DNA of 18,678 nucleotides from contig JAZGFI010000237.1 of assembly GCA_036479435.1 (NCBI GenBank), positions 1 to 18,678 on the forward strand, written 5' to 3'. This DNA is from Planctomycetota bacterium. Its GTDB lineage: Bacteria; Planctomycetota; GCA-002687715; DRQF01. Positions 1 through 8,520 of the stretch are shown here, one piece after another; the stretch's first letter is position 1; each line of letters begins with the position of its first letter. Under the pieces are notes generated by a model, which was given only the letters and a program-made list of their open reading frames with translations, searched no databases and was not told where the DNA came from. The position numbers and the translations under genes are program-made.

Positions 1-48
1 GAAATCTTCCACCCCTACCCGGGACAACGCCTGTGCGTCATTACCTAA
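1..48 (+). CDS. C-terminal end of group II intron-encoded reverse transcriptase/maturase (partial, runs off the window start)
   Basis: Frame 1 reads EIFHPYPGQRLCVIT* (TAA 46-48). The HPYP-x-QR ending resembles the C-termini of endonuclease-less bacterial (class E-like) IEPs, and it sits immediately before intron domain V. Confidence 0.8.
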   Translation, partial: EIFHPYPGQRLCVIT

Positions 49-126
49 GGCAGGAGCCCAGTGCGATAATTCCGCTCGCTGGGATCTGTGCGGGGGGCCT
101 CGGGTGACCGAGGTCCCTACCGCGAC
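1..126 (+). mobile_element. Group II intron, 3' end (domains V and VI)
   Basis: DV at about 54-85 is GAGCCCAGTGCG-ATAATTC-CGC-TC-GCTGGGATC, with the AGC triad at 55-57 and a 2-nt bulge. DVI at 90-123 is GCGG-GGGGCCTCGG-GTGA-CCGAGGTCCCT-A-CCGC, with a GNRA loop and bulged branch A at 119. The intron ends in AC at 125-126. Confidence 0.93.
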
Positions 127-134
127 ATAGCCGG

Positions 135-2171
135 TTAGTTGCGGAGTTCTTGCATGACCCACTTGGCGTCGTAAATCTTGGTGAGCGCTTCTTCGATCGC
201 GGCCACATGTACGCTGACCGAACGGGGGATGTCGTCGCGGTACAAGAAGCGATTTGGCAGCATCTCGATATTGCCATCGAAGATGAGGCCGACGATGCGT
301 GCTTGGGCGTCAATGACCGGGCTTCCGGAGTTACCCCCGATGATGTCGTTCGTCGCAACGAAATTGACCGATCGGCTCAGGTCGACTTTATCTTGGCGAT
401 CTAACCACACCTGTGGCAGATCGAAGGGGTGATGGTTGCCGAACTCGACGTTGCGACCGTACATTCCGTAGAAACTCGTGCGGGCGGGAGCGATCGTTCC
501 GTTGCAGGGGTATTCACTCACAATGCCGTCAGAAAGACGCAAGGTGAAGGTGGCATCGGGAGCGACCGACGTGCCGTAGACGGCGAAGACGGCTTGCCCG
601 ACGCGCGTTTTCTCGACGTTCTCCGCCGCGCGCAATTCACCGCGACGTTCGCGAACGGATTCCATCAGCTTGCGGATCTTACGCACTAAGACCAAAGCGG
701 GATCTTGCGAGGCCTCGATCGCATCCTCGCCGCCGTCGGCGAGCTTGGTCATGGCATCATCGTCAACGAAGAGGCTAGCCGCGGCCATCGCATCGTAGGC
801 TTGCGCCGGCTTTTTTCCTCCAAGGAAACTGCTCAGGATCGGGTCGCCCTTACCGAGCCAGCGGAGTCCCATCTCGAAGCGCGCCATAGCGAGTCCTTTG
901 GCTTCCGGCGAGGACTGAGCGGGTATCTTGAGCGCTTCCGCCAGGCCTTGACGAGTCATGGTGAAAGCACGTTGAACGGCCGGGCCGAACATCGAGCCGT
1001 TGATGAGTCGTTGTACGGGCTCAACTTCGCGCATGCCCTGGCTGATCTCCGCCAAGCGATCCCAAGCGCCGAGGTATTTCTCCGAAAGCTCGGGATCACC
1101 GGCGAGGCGCTTTTTGAGGGCATCCTCCCACTCCGCCTTGCGCGCCATGAGGTTCGGGTCGCGCAAGCCAGTTAAGAACCCGGTTACGGCCTTGATGCTG
1201 TTCTCGAGGCGAAGGACGCGGGGACGCATTTCCTTTTCGAAGTCGGCGGATTTGGCGGAACGGGCTTTCAAGTCGGCAATCTGTAGATCCCAACCTTCGA
1301 GAAGGATGGGGTAAAGAATATCGCGAGTGTACTCCAACTGCGCGTGGGTCATGAGCCGTCCGGTCGAGCCCGGACTCCCCGTCACAAAGACGAGGTCGCC
1401 GCTTTCAGCGCCATCACTGTTCCAACGAAAAAAGTTCTTCGACGAATCGACGGGTTTGCCGTCTTCATAAGCGCGGCAAAAAGTGAAGTCGATGCCGTAA
1501 CGCGGATAGGTGAAGTTGTCGTGGTCGCCACCAAAGTGGGCGGTCTGAAGATGGGGTGCCACCACTAAGCGGATGTCGTCGTAGATACGGTAGCTGTAGA
1601 GCTGAAACATACCACCTTGGTACAGCTTTACGATCTCGTGCGAGAGTCTTGGAAAATTCGTTCGGGCCGCTTCCAGAATGACGTCCTGATTGGCTTTGCG
1701 TTTCGACGTGATGGTTGCGCCGTCATCGCTATCAGCAATGCCGTCATTCACAGCGGTGGTGATGTCTTTCATCGCGGCTAGCTGTTGTACGGTCAGGCCT
1801 TCAAGGGGAACTTCCTTGGCCATCGATGAAGCGAGGAAGCCGTCCTTGACCCAGTCTTCGTTTTCCGGGGAGGCCTTGGCGATGAAGTCGCGGCAGCAGT
1901 GGTGGTTCGTCATCACCAAGCCCTTGCCCGAGACAAAGGATGCGGAACAGCCGCCGCCAAAACGCAAGGACGCCAGTCGGACTTTGTCCAACCAGCTTTG
2001 AGTCAAGTCAAACCCGTGGGTCTGTTTGAAGTAGTCCTTCGGGACGTTTTCGAAGGTCCACATCTTCCCGAGTTCGAGGTCGTTTTGGGCGAGGGCCCGA
2101 TCTGTCAAGAGCGCGCTGGCGCCAAGGACGATCAGAGCGGAAAGCAAAGAACGAAAAAGAGCAGTAGACAT
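135..2171 (-). CDS. S46 family dipeptidyl-peptidase (DPP7-like), secreted
   Basis: Signal peptide (..ALA-Q), GKMWTF, GGCSASFVS..GLVMTNHHC (catalytic His), FGGDHDNFTYPRY, DIIGGNSGSPV (catalytic Ser) and FDGN. Start moved to ATG 2171, which has a GGAG RBS upstream. Confidence 0.93.
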   Translation of the reverse strand: MSTALFRSLLSALIVLGASALLTDRALAQNDLELGKMWTFENVPKDYFKQTHGFDLTQSWLDKVRLASLRFGGGCSASFVSGKGLVMTNHHCCRDFIAKASPENEDWVKDGFLASSMAKEVPLEGLTVQQLAAMKDITTAVNDGIADSDDGATITSKRKANQDVILEAARTNFPRLSHEIVKLYQGGMFQLYSYRIYDDIRLVVAPHLQTAHFGGDHDNFTYPRYGIDFTFCRAYEDGKPVDSSKNFFRWNSDGAESGDLVFVTGSPGSTGRLMTHAQLEYTRDILYPILLEGWDLQIADLKARSAKSADFEKEMRPRVLRLENSIKAVTGFLTGLRDPNLMARKAEWEDALKKRLAGDPELSEKYLGAWDRLAEISQGMREVEPVQRLINGSMFGPAVQRAFTMTRQGLAEALKIPAQSSPEAKGLAMARFEMGLRWLGKGDPILSSFLGGKKPAQAYDAMAAASLFVDDDAMTKLADGGEDAIEASQDPALVLVRKIRKLMESVRERRGELRAAENVEKTRVGQAVFAVYGTSVAPDATFTLRLSDGIVSEYPCNGTIAPARTSFYGMYGRNVEFGNHHPFDLPQVWLDRQDKVDLSRSVNFVATNDIIGGNSGSPVIDAQARIVGLIFDGNIEMLPNRFLYRDDIPRSVSVHVAAIEEALTKIYDAKWVMQELRN

Positions 2172-2353
2172 GGACGACTCCGGATGAAAAAGCGGCGGAC
2201 TTGCCGGTGGCTTCGATAGGAGCAAAGTAGCGGAACGAGGCGCTTTCGAATAGTGCCAAGGCCGCGCAAGCGCATCAGAATTCAGGGCCATGGCGGGAGT
2301 AAGAACGCTTGGCGACAGCCGGTTCTTTCCCGAAAAACGGCCGGTTACGGGAA

Positions 2354-5300
2354 CTACTTAGTTTGGCCGGCGACCCAAAGGACAGCCCCGAGCAACACTT
2401 GCTCGGGGAGCCCCTCACTCAGGACTAGGCGAATCTTGTGAGCCTCAGTGCCCTGGAGGAGTCGGATAAGGTGAGGGACCGACGGATCGAAGGGAACTTC
2501 TCTGATCGGAAATCGCTTGTTTCCGATGACGATGTCGATCTGGGCGCGTTTCCCCTTGATCAACGGCAACACCATGAAAATCCCGAGCGTGCCGGGTCCC
2601 TTCAGGGCGACAGGGATGGTCACCTCATTGGCTGTCATCACCCCGTGCCAGGGGGTCGCGGGGGAAAGGCTGGCGACATTCGACTGAGGATCTTGGCGAT
2701 GGAAATACCAGCCTTGAAAAGGCGGTACCACGACGGTTCTCACCGCGACAAAGCTGAAGGTCGCGTTGTGCAAGCTACTGTCTTCGCCAGCTAAGTACTT
2801 AGACATCAATGCGGAGGCATCCGCGGCGCGGCGGATTGAGGCCAGGCCAAGGGAGAATCGCAACCAAGATTCTTTGGCGACAAAAAGCGCTTGCTTGAGA
2901 GTTTCAGCATTGACCTTGAAATCGGAGTTGGCGAGGATCGACGCCGCGCGCCTGCGGCGCCGTGAGCTTTCGTGTCTCAGCTCAGTTTCGATCAACGCGG
3001 TGTCGATGGCGTTGCCGCGCCTCTCGTAGAGGTAGATGGCCGCAGCCAACTCACTGGGACCGGCATTGTCCTTCGATCGCGCCGCATCAATGAGTCGATC
3101 ATCTTTTCGAATGGCAGCGACTTCGAACAGGGCGGCTCGCAGGTAAGGAGATTTGATGTTCGGCTCTTGGCTCACAAGTGCAGTCCAATCCTCGACACTG
3201 CCGAGACGGTTACTCAATCGCAAGGCAAGCCGGGCGAGCTGCACCTCCAGAGCTTTGTTGTTTGCGAAACGAGCTTCGAGCTTCGTGCTGAGCCACGGGG
3301 CTCTAAAATCACTGAAATGGCAGCAAAGTCTGATGGCCAATTCGTCGGGCCAAGAACGGACGGCTTCTGTCAAAGAGGCGACGCCTAAGTCCCCGAGTTC
3401 CTCGGCCTTGGTGATCAAGGCCGCCTGAGTGATCAGTTCGGAGTATGGTCGCGAGTCGTCTTTGGCGGGAGGTGCTTGATATTGACGCAGTCGAGCGAAC
3501 ATCGCCTCTGCGATTGTCGACTCGCGATGCGCGAGGTTTTGAGTCTCCTTTGGATCTTCGAGTAAGTCAAACAGCAGCAATCTTTGATTGCGTTCGTCGA
3601 CGATGAGTTTCCATCGCGGACCGATGAGCGCCGACGCGGTGTTCCATATCCCTGGCCCCGCTGGCGGCAGATCGCAAACCACTTCAAAGGGCCAAGGCCC
3701 GTCATCAACTTCAGCTCCTATCACATCGAACTCAATTGGACTTCGCTTCTTTTCTAAGCCCATGAAGCTCGGAATGAGGCTTGGCAGTCCGTAGGTCTCG
3801 CGCCCTTGCTGCGAGAGATCAAAAAACTCGTCGAAAGTCGGGGCGAAGCTAGCCAGGGAAATGCAGTCTGTGCACCGCCCGGCCTCGATGCCGGGACCGA
3901 AGATGAAAAACGGAACGCGGACCGTTTCCTCGAAGAGCTGGGTGCCGTGGCGATCGGAACCGTGCTCATAGAACTCCTCACCGTGATCGGCGCTAACGAT
4001 GACCCACATGTCATCCAGCAACCCGGCTTCCTCAAATCTTTTGAGAACTTGGCGAATGTCGTCGTCGGCGTGGCGCACTTCAGCTGCGTAGCGCTCCCAC
4101 TTGCTGTCTCCTGCGGCGAATTTGGGGTGATAGGCGTTGTAGGGCGAGTGGGCCCGCATCGTGTGCCAATAACTTAGGAAGCGCCCATTTCGCTGAGGCT
4201 TCAGCTTGGCGAACACCTCTCCAGGTTCGAGGTCGAACCACTGATGGCCGTTGGCAAATCCAAAGCCGAGGTCTTTGCTTTTCAGTTCGTCCAAGTCCAC
4301 CGTCATGATGCCGCGCGGAATCATGCTTCGAGTTTCCACGCCGGCGGCTTCAAGACGGGGAGTGATGAGCTTCAAGGCGTTGTAACTGCCCGGCTCTTCG
4401 ATGTATTGGCTGGGATAAAGCCCTCTCAGCATCGCGAAAAAAGATAGCTGAGAAATGGGTGCCGGGCAGTAAGCGCGAGTGAACTCGAGGCTCTTTCGGC
4501 GCAGGGCCGATAGCGTAGGAGCCACCGGCCGTCCGCCGATCTTCCGATCGAAAAGGTCGTAGCGCAGGGCATCAACCGAAATAACGAGAAGACCACGAGG
4601 CGCGCCGCCACGAGCCGTGAGGGCGCGCCGGCTTCGCCGTTCAAGATCACTCCCAAAGTAAGGTGGCAAGTAGACGCCGTCGCCCCTAGATTTGAAGTCC
4701 AGATCGGACACCGTCCAGGCGCGTAATTCGCTAGCAAGCAGACTCGATGTCGTGGTTTGGCTGAGCGTCCAATCTAGAGCCGGCCCTCCGGATCGAAGGT
4801 GATGGATGCCGAATCCCGCGGCGACCGCGAAGCTGAAAACAAGCACGGCGACAAGCCGAGTTTTTGAAGTGACGAGTCGTCCAGTCCTTGTCGCGACGAT
4901 GCCAAGCGCTGCCGGATACATCGCACACGCTGCCAATCCTAAACCCGCAAGTTTGACTTCATGGTAGCGACCGCGTTGCCACCAAGTGGCGACGGCAAAA
5001 AAGACCAGCGAGCCCACCAGCAGCAGCCAGCGAATTTGCTTTTTTCTTGGCCCACTCATTCGATGCCAGGTAAAGAGCAAAAGGCCCGTGGCACCCGTGG
5101 CGAGATGGGGCCACCATTCGACAAGGGCAAGAGTCTGGGCGTGGTTTCCACGGCCAAGGGCTTTGCCCAGCCAGAATGCCAAGGCGCTGGGCAACAAGAA
5201 CCAAAACCAACGCGGGGTTAGTCCAAAGAGGACAGCGACGAGGGCGGCGAGACCGAGTGAGAGTCCCAAACAGGTCCACTGGAGGCCCTGCGGCGTCGGC

Positions 5301-5431
5301 ACTGTGGCCTCGGGCAAGATGGTCGATATGACTAGATCGGATGCGGCAAACACCAATCCCAAGATGAGAGCAGCGGTCGGACTTTCAGTCTTCGTAAAGG
5401 TTGCCAAAGGTGCACTCGCGGCGTCAGTCAT
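2354..5431 (-). CDS. Membrane-anchored sulfatase-like hydrolase/transferase (alkaline phosphatase superfamily) with C-terminal helical extension
   Basis: About 220 aa of N-terminal hydrophobic segments, then LLVISVDALRYD, AYCPAPISQLS..RGLYP, HTMRAHSPY, SADHGEEF..HG, RVPFFIFGP and LFDLLEDPKETQNLA. A HEAT-like Leu/Ala-rich region follows. Confidence 0.85.
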   Translation of the reverse strand: MTDAASAPLATFTKTESPTAALILGLVFAASDLVISTILPEATVPTPQGLQWTCLGLSLGLAALVAVLFGLTPRWFWFLLPSALAFWLGKALGRGNHAQTLALVEWWPHLATGATGLLLFTWHRMSGPRKKQIRWLLLVGSLVFFAVATWWQRGRYHEVKLAGLGLAACAMYPAALGIVATRTGRLVTSKTRLVAVLVFSFAVAAGFGIHHLRSGGPALDWTLSQTTTSSLLASELRAWTVSDLDFKSRGDGVYLPPYFGSDLERRSRRALTARGGAPRGLLVISVDALRYDLFDRKIGGRPVAPTLSALRRKSLEFTRAYCPAPISQLSFFAMLRGLYPSQYIEEPGSYNALKLITPRLEAAGVETRSMIPRGIMTVDLDELKSKDLGFGFANGHQWFDLEPGEVFAKLKPQRNGRFLSYWHTMRAHSPYNAYHPKFAAGDSKWERYAAEVRHADDDIRQVLKRFEEAGLLDDMWVIVSADHGEEFYEHGSDRHGTQLFEETVRVPFFIFGPGIEAGRCTDCISLASFAPTFDEFFDLSQQGRETYGLPSLIPSFMGLEKKRSPIEFDVIGAEVDDGPWPFEVVCDLPPAGPGIWNTASALIGPRWKLIVDERNQRLLLFDLLEDPKETQNLAHRESTIAEAMFARLRQYQAPPAKDDSRPYSELITQAALITKAEELGDLGVASLTEAVRSWPDELAIRLCCHFSDFRAPWLSTKLEARFANNKALEVQLARLALRLSNRLGSVEDWTALVSQEPNIKSPYLRAALFEVAAIRKDDRLIDAARSKDNAGPSELAAAIYLYERRGNAIDTALIETELRHESSRRRRRAASILANSDFKVNAETLKQALFVAKESWLRFSLGLASIRRAADASALMSKYLAGEDSSLHNATFSFVAVRTVVVPPFQGWYFHRQDPQSNVASLSPATPWHGVMTANEVTIPVALKGPGTLGIFMVLPLIKGKRAQIDIVIGNKRFPIREVPFDPSVPHLIRLLQGTEAHKIRLVLSEGLPEQVLLGAVLWVAGQTK

Positions 5432-5440
5432 CGATTTGGA

Positions 5441-5446
5441 TATAAT
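5441..5446 (+). promoter_or_regulatory. Possible sigma70 -10 box for the HTH-MORN gene
   Basis: Exact TATAAT in a short divergent intergenic region about 100 nt upstream of the TTG at 5547. No convincing -35 is visible. Confidence 0.25.
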
Positions 5447-5546
5447 GTCTTTGGGTCCAGAAGAGGTTCAACGGAATGAAAGCCCTCGGTATCTTATCGT
5501 GATTGGGGCAGAATGCAGCATATCGGTGACGAGAAGGGGAGCAGTA

Positions 5547-6293
5547 TTGAGGGATTCAGTCGAGCACAAAGAGGAGTCGTGGTTGGCTCTGCGCGAAGTG
5601 GCGGCTCAATTAGAGAGTTTGGGCCGTCCAGCAAGCCTCAGCTATTTACGAGCACTTTGTCGTGACGGACGTCTAAGAGCCGAAAAGGTCCGTGGTCTGT
5701 GGTTGGTGTCGGTGAAGTCGATGCAGGAGTTGCTAGACCAGGGCGGAAAACCTGAAAATAGGCCAGCCGTCATTAGTGAAGTTGCAACGGGAAGTACCCC
5801 GCCCCCCCCCTCCGCGCCGCCAAGGTCTACAGCGGCCGAACCGATGAACCTGTCCCTCCGCTTGAGTCCAGCGGCCGGTTCCGTTTTAGTTCCATCGCCA
5901 GAGTCGGGCGCACACTTTGAACCCTTGGCGCAGCTTTTTCGCCTGGCCAAGTGGCAAGCCCTGTTGGAACAAGTCGATGGTGCGGCCCAAGAAACCGGTG
6001 CCGATGATTCAGAAGGCCTGGTCGAGGTCTTTCATTGCGAAGGGGTCTTAGCCGCCAAGGGCGAAAAACTCGAAGGCCAGCTCGATGGAATTTGGAAGGA
6101 ATGGCGTGCGGACGGGAGTCCGGTCCTGGAAGGCAGTTTTTCGAAAGGTGTTCGCTGCGGGCGTTGGACTTGGTGGTACGCCAACGGTCAAAAAGCTCGC
6201 GAGGGAGACTTTGCGTCGGGCCGTCCGGTGGGGACTTGGCTGAGCTGGCAAGAAGATGGCAGCGAGGCTCAACGACGCGACTATCTGGATTAG
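5547..6293 (+). CDS. Excisionase/HTH_17-like DNA-binding domain fused to MORN_2/YwqK-type repeats
   Basis: N-terminal WLALREVAAQL..SLSYLRALCRDGRLRAEKVRGLWLV, a Pro-rich linker, then repeats such as GIWKEWRADGSPVLEGSF, GRWTWWYANGQKAREGDF and GTWLSWQEDG. I placed the start at TTG 5547 after GGGGAG because the ORF-track start at 4986 overlaps the sulfatase antisense. Confidence 0.75.
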   Translation: MRDSVEHKEESWLALREVAAQLESLGRPASLSYLRALCRDGRLRAEKVRGLWLVSVKSMQELLDQGGKPENRPAVISEVATGSTPPPPSAPPRSTAAEPMNLSLRLSPAAGSVLVPSPESGAHFEPLAQLFRLAKWQALLEQVDGAAQETGADDSEGLVEVFHCEGVLAAKGEKLEGQLDGIWKEWRADGSPVLEGSFSKGVRCGRWTWWYANGQKAREGDFASGRPVGTWLSWQEDGSEAQRRDYLD

Positions 6294-6352
6294 TAAAGGC
6301 TAGTGAAAACCGTCTGACGCGAAGTTTGCGGGTTTGGACGGTCTGGGGGGTA

Positions 6353-7486
6353 TCAGCGGGGTGCAGTTGGACTTGTAACGACGAGGCCTGACAAGATGCC
6401 GAGTTGTCGAAGGAGGTTGCCGACGATTTGGTCGTAGCGCTGTTTGGCGGCGAGGCCTTCGAGGGGCAAGGTTCCCGGGATTTCTTGGTTGTCCATTGCG
6501 ATCTCCCAAAATCGAGCCACGCCCTGCACGATTTGTGATGCGTCAAAGGGTTCGGTCTTGAGGACATCCAGGCCCTCCTCGATTTTTTCGATGCGGCCAC
6601 TTTCCGTCTGAGGTTTTTTGACTCCGTCGTTCGTAATCCACAACAGCGAATGCACGGGCCCGCGCAGTAAGATGTAGCTGCGAAAGTCCTTCCCATCACC
6701 GAGCGTTGCGAAGAACAAACTGGCTGCGATCGAGATCACAAACCCCGCAGCGAGTACCCCGCTGAATAGGGAGCCTTCGACAAACCGCAACGCTTTTTGG
6801 CGCGAAGGTCGGCTTTGTAAAACAGCGAAGACAAAGCCGAATACCAAGCCTCCAATGTGGGCGGAGTTGCTAATTCCGGGGTAGGTGAATCCGAATAGCA
6901 GTAGGATCGCCAACCAAAACAGAAGTTGGCGCTTGACCATCCCTCCCACTCCGGTGGTTTCTTTTCGTAGATGCCCCAGCAGAAAGCCGAGTAAGCCGCA
7001 AATGGCGCCGGAGGCACCGATTTCGATGGGCGCTTCGCTTATCAAGCGGTCGCTTCCGAGACTAAGGTAGTGCCAGGCGAACGATAAAAGAGAGCCGCTG
7101 AGTCCAGAGCCCAGGTACACGGCGAGGAACTTACGGCCGCCTAAGATTGGCAGGCACAGCCTTCCCAGATTTAAGAAGCTGTAGCCATTCACCAAAAGGT
7201 GGACTAAACCGCCATGCAAGACGGTGCCGCAAAACAGGCGCCAAAACTGACCGATAGAGACGTGCCAAGCCGAGTTGGCACCGCAGAACAAAAGTGCTTC
7301 ACTGTTGGGGGCAAACCCGCTGAAGAAAGACACTTTCTGCGGCTGGAGGCTAGGAATGGTCTTGTTGAACCACATGCTCACGGCCATTGAGATCGCGAAC
7401 CCGGCTAGATTTGTGATGATGATGATCTCGAGCCAATTCGGATCGAGCCGCCGCCATCGTCGCCGAATTTTTTCCAAGGTCGTCAT
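6353..7486 (-). CDS. Rhomboid family intramembrane serine protease
   Basis: GQFWRLF, LHGGLVHLLVN, GASGAICG (catalytic Ser) and SNSAHIGG (catalytic His), several TM segments and a C-terminal soluble tail. ATG at 7486. Confidence 0.92.
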   Translation of the reverse strand: MTTLEKIRRRWRRLDPNWLEIIIITNLAGFAISMAVSMWFNKTIPSLQPQKVSFFSGFAPNSEALLFCGANSAWHVSIGQFWRLFCGTVLHGGLVHLLVNGYSFLNLGRLCLPILGGRKFLAVYLGSGLSGSLLSFAWHYLSLGSDRLISEAPIEIGASGAICGLLGFLLGHLRKETTGVGGMVKRQLLFWLAILLLFGFTYPGISNSAHIGGLVFGFVFAVLQSRPSRQKALRFVEGSLFSGVLAAGFVISIAASLFFATLGDGKDFRSYILLRGPVHSLLWITNDGVKKPQTESGRIEKIEEGLDVLKTEPFDASQIVQGVARFWEIAMDNQEIPGTLPLEGLAAKQRYDQIVGNLLRQLGILSGLVVTSPTAPR

Positions 7487-7538
7487 CGCGGGCCCCAAGA
7501 TCGTTAAGGAGGCAGGGTGGCAAGCTTAGAACTGGCTT

Positions 7539-7931
7539 TCAACCGCGCGAGCCGTACTCGGCGATGGCCTCCGCGAGGCGGGTTCTTATCCCGCCAGAAT
7601 AAGCTCGAAAAGCGATCCCGGCGGGCCAGTAGTCATCGGAGCCATGATTTTCTTTTGCCACCGCGTCGCCGATCCAGACCAAATCGGCTTCTATTTTGAG
7701 GTCTTTGGCTCCCTCGATCGGCCAAATGAGCATCAACCAAGAGGGCAGTTGGATCTCGCGATTGAGGAGGAGGAGGGCGCCCCCAAGGCCGGCATTCGCC
7801 ATCGTGGCGACAAAGATCTCGCCTTTTTCCTGAATCTGAAGTTGGACCTCGACCGCGAGATCGACGCGTAGAGATGAACGTCGATCGAGATCCCTCAAGA
7901 TTCGAGTTTTTCTGGCCCCGGTGTCGGCCAT
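7539..7931 (-). CDS. Stand-alone PilZ domain protein
   Basis: RxxxR (RSSLR), N-A-G-L-G-G (variant of D/N-x-S-x-x-G), IEADLVW and AGIAF beta-strands. Confidence 0.8.
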   Translation of the reverse strand: MADTGARKTRILRDLDRRSSLRVDLAVEVQLQIQEKGEIFVATMANAGLGGALLLLNREIQLPSWLMLIWPIEGAKDLKIEADLVWIGDAVAKENHGSDDYWPAGIAFRAYSGGIRTRLAEAIAEYGSRG

Positions 7932-8118
7932 AGGAGTCTACCTACATAGTTCTGACCCTATTGTCGGTATTTGGCAAAGAGGGGCTCGATTTTGGGTAAA
8001 TCCCTGCATTTATGCACATGCCGTCGAGCTGTCAGATGTCTCGTTGCCGGACTTGTCCCCTCGTCGAGTGAGCCTCCGGGCGCTATAAGCTCCCTTCGCG
8101 AATTGAGGACCGTCGACG

Positions 8119-8520
8119 ATGCTGATCTCTGTTTGTTACGCGTTTGCAACTTTAGCCATGTTGCTGATTTTCGCCGGCCTGGCCTTCGCCCGGGACCGTC
8201 GCCGCCACGTCCCGCTCATGTTCGCGGCCTTTGCCTGTGACATCATCGGGTTGATCATCGTCGAAATCGTGGTGCCGATCGCCGAGGGTCGGCTGGACCC
8301 GGTTCGAGGCCTGATGGAAAGTGGCGGCAGTGGGGCGGAGCTGATCGACAACATCCACGCGGCGCTCGCGACGCTTTCCATCGTCGGCTACATCATTCAG
8401 ATTGTGACTGGCATCAAGATCATGAAGGGCCGCGGCGATCTGCTGGCTTTGCACAAAAAAGCCGCCGTGTTCTTCATTCTGACCCGACTTGCTGCCTACA
8501 TCACAATGTGGATGGTCTAG
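8119..8520 (+). CDS. Small multi-TM membrane protein, DUF420-like
   Basis: Four hydrophobic helices with His residues (RRRHVPLM, IHAALA, LHKK) and a GAGG RBS upstream. Its stop overlaps the convergent HAD stop (CTAG 8517-8520). Confidence 0.65.
   Translation: MLISVCYAFATLAMLLIFAGLAFARDRRRHVPLMFAAFACDIIGLIIVEIVVPIAEGRLDPVRGLMESGGSGAELIDNIHAALATLSIVGYIIQIVTGIKIMKGRGDLLALHKKAAVFFILTRLAAYITMWMV

Noticed and set aside
4686..4702. Minus-strand CTGGA-CTTCAAA-TCTAG resembles the tRNA-Sec anticodon arm
   Set aside because: It lies in frame inside the sulfatase-like CDS (LDFKS), and there is no T-arm (GTTCRA) or acceptor stem around it.
4986..5546. N-terminal extension of the 435-aa ORF
   Set aside because: It is mostly antisense overlap with the sulfatase-like gene, and a better RBS and start exist at 5547.
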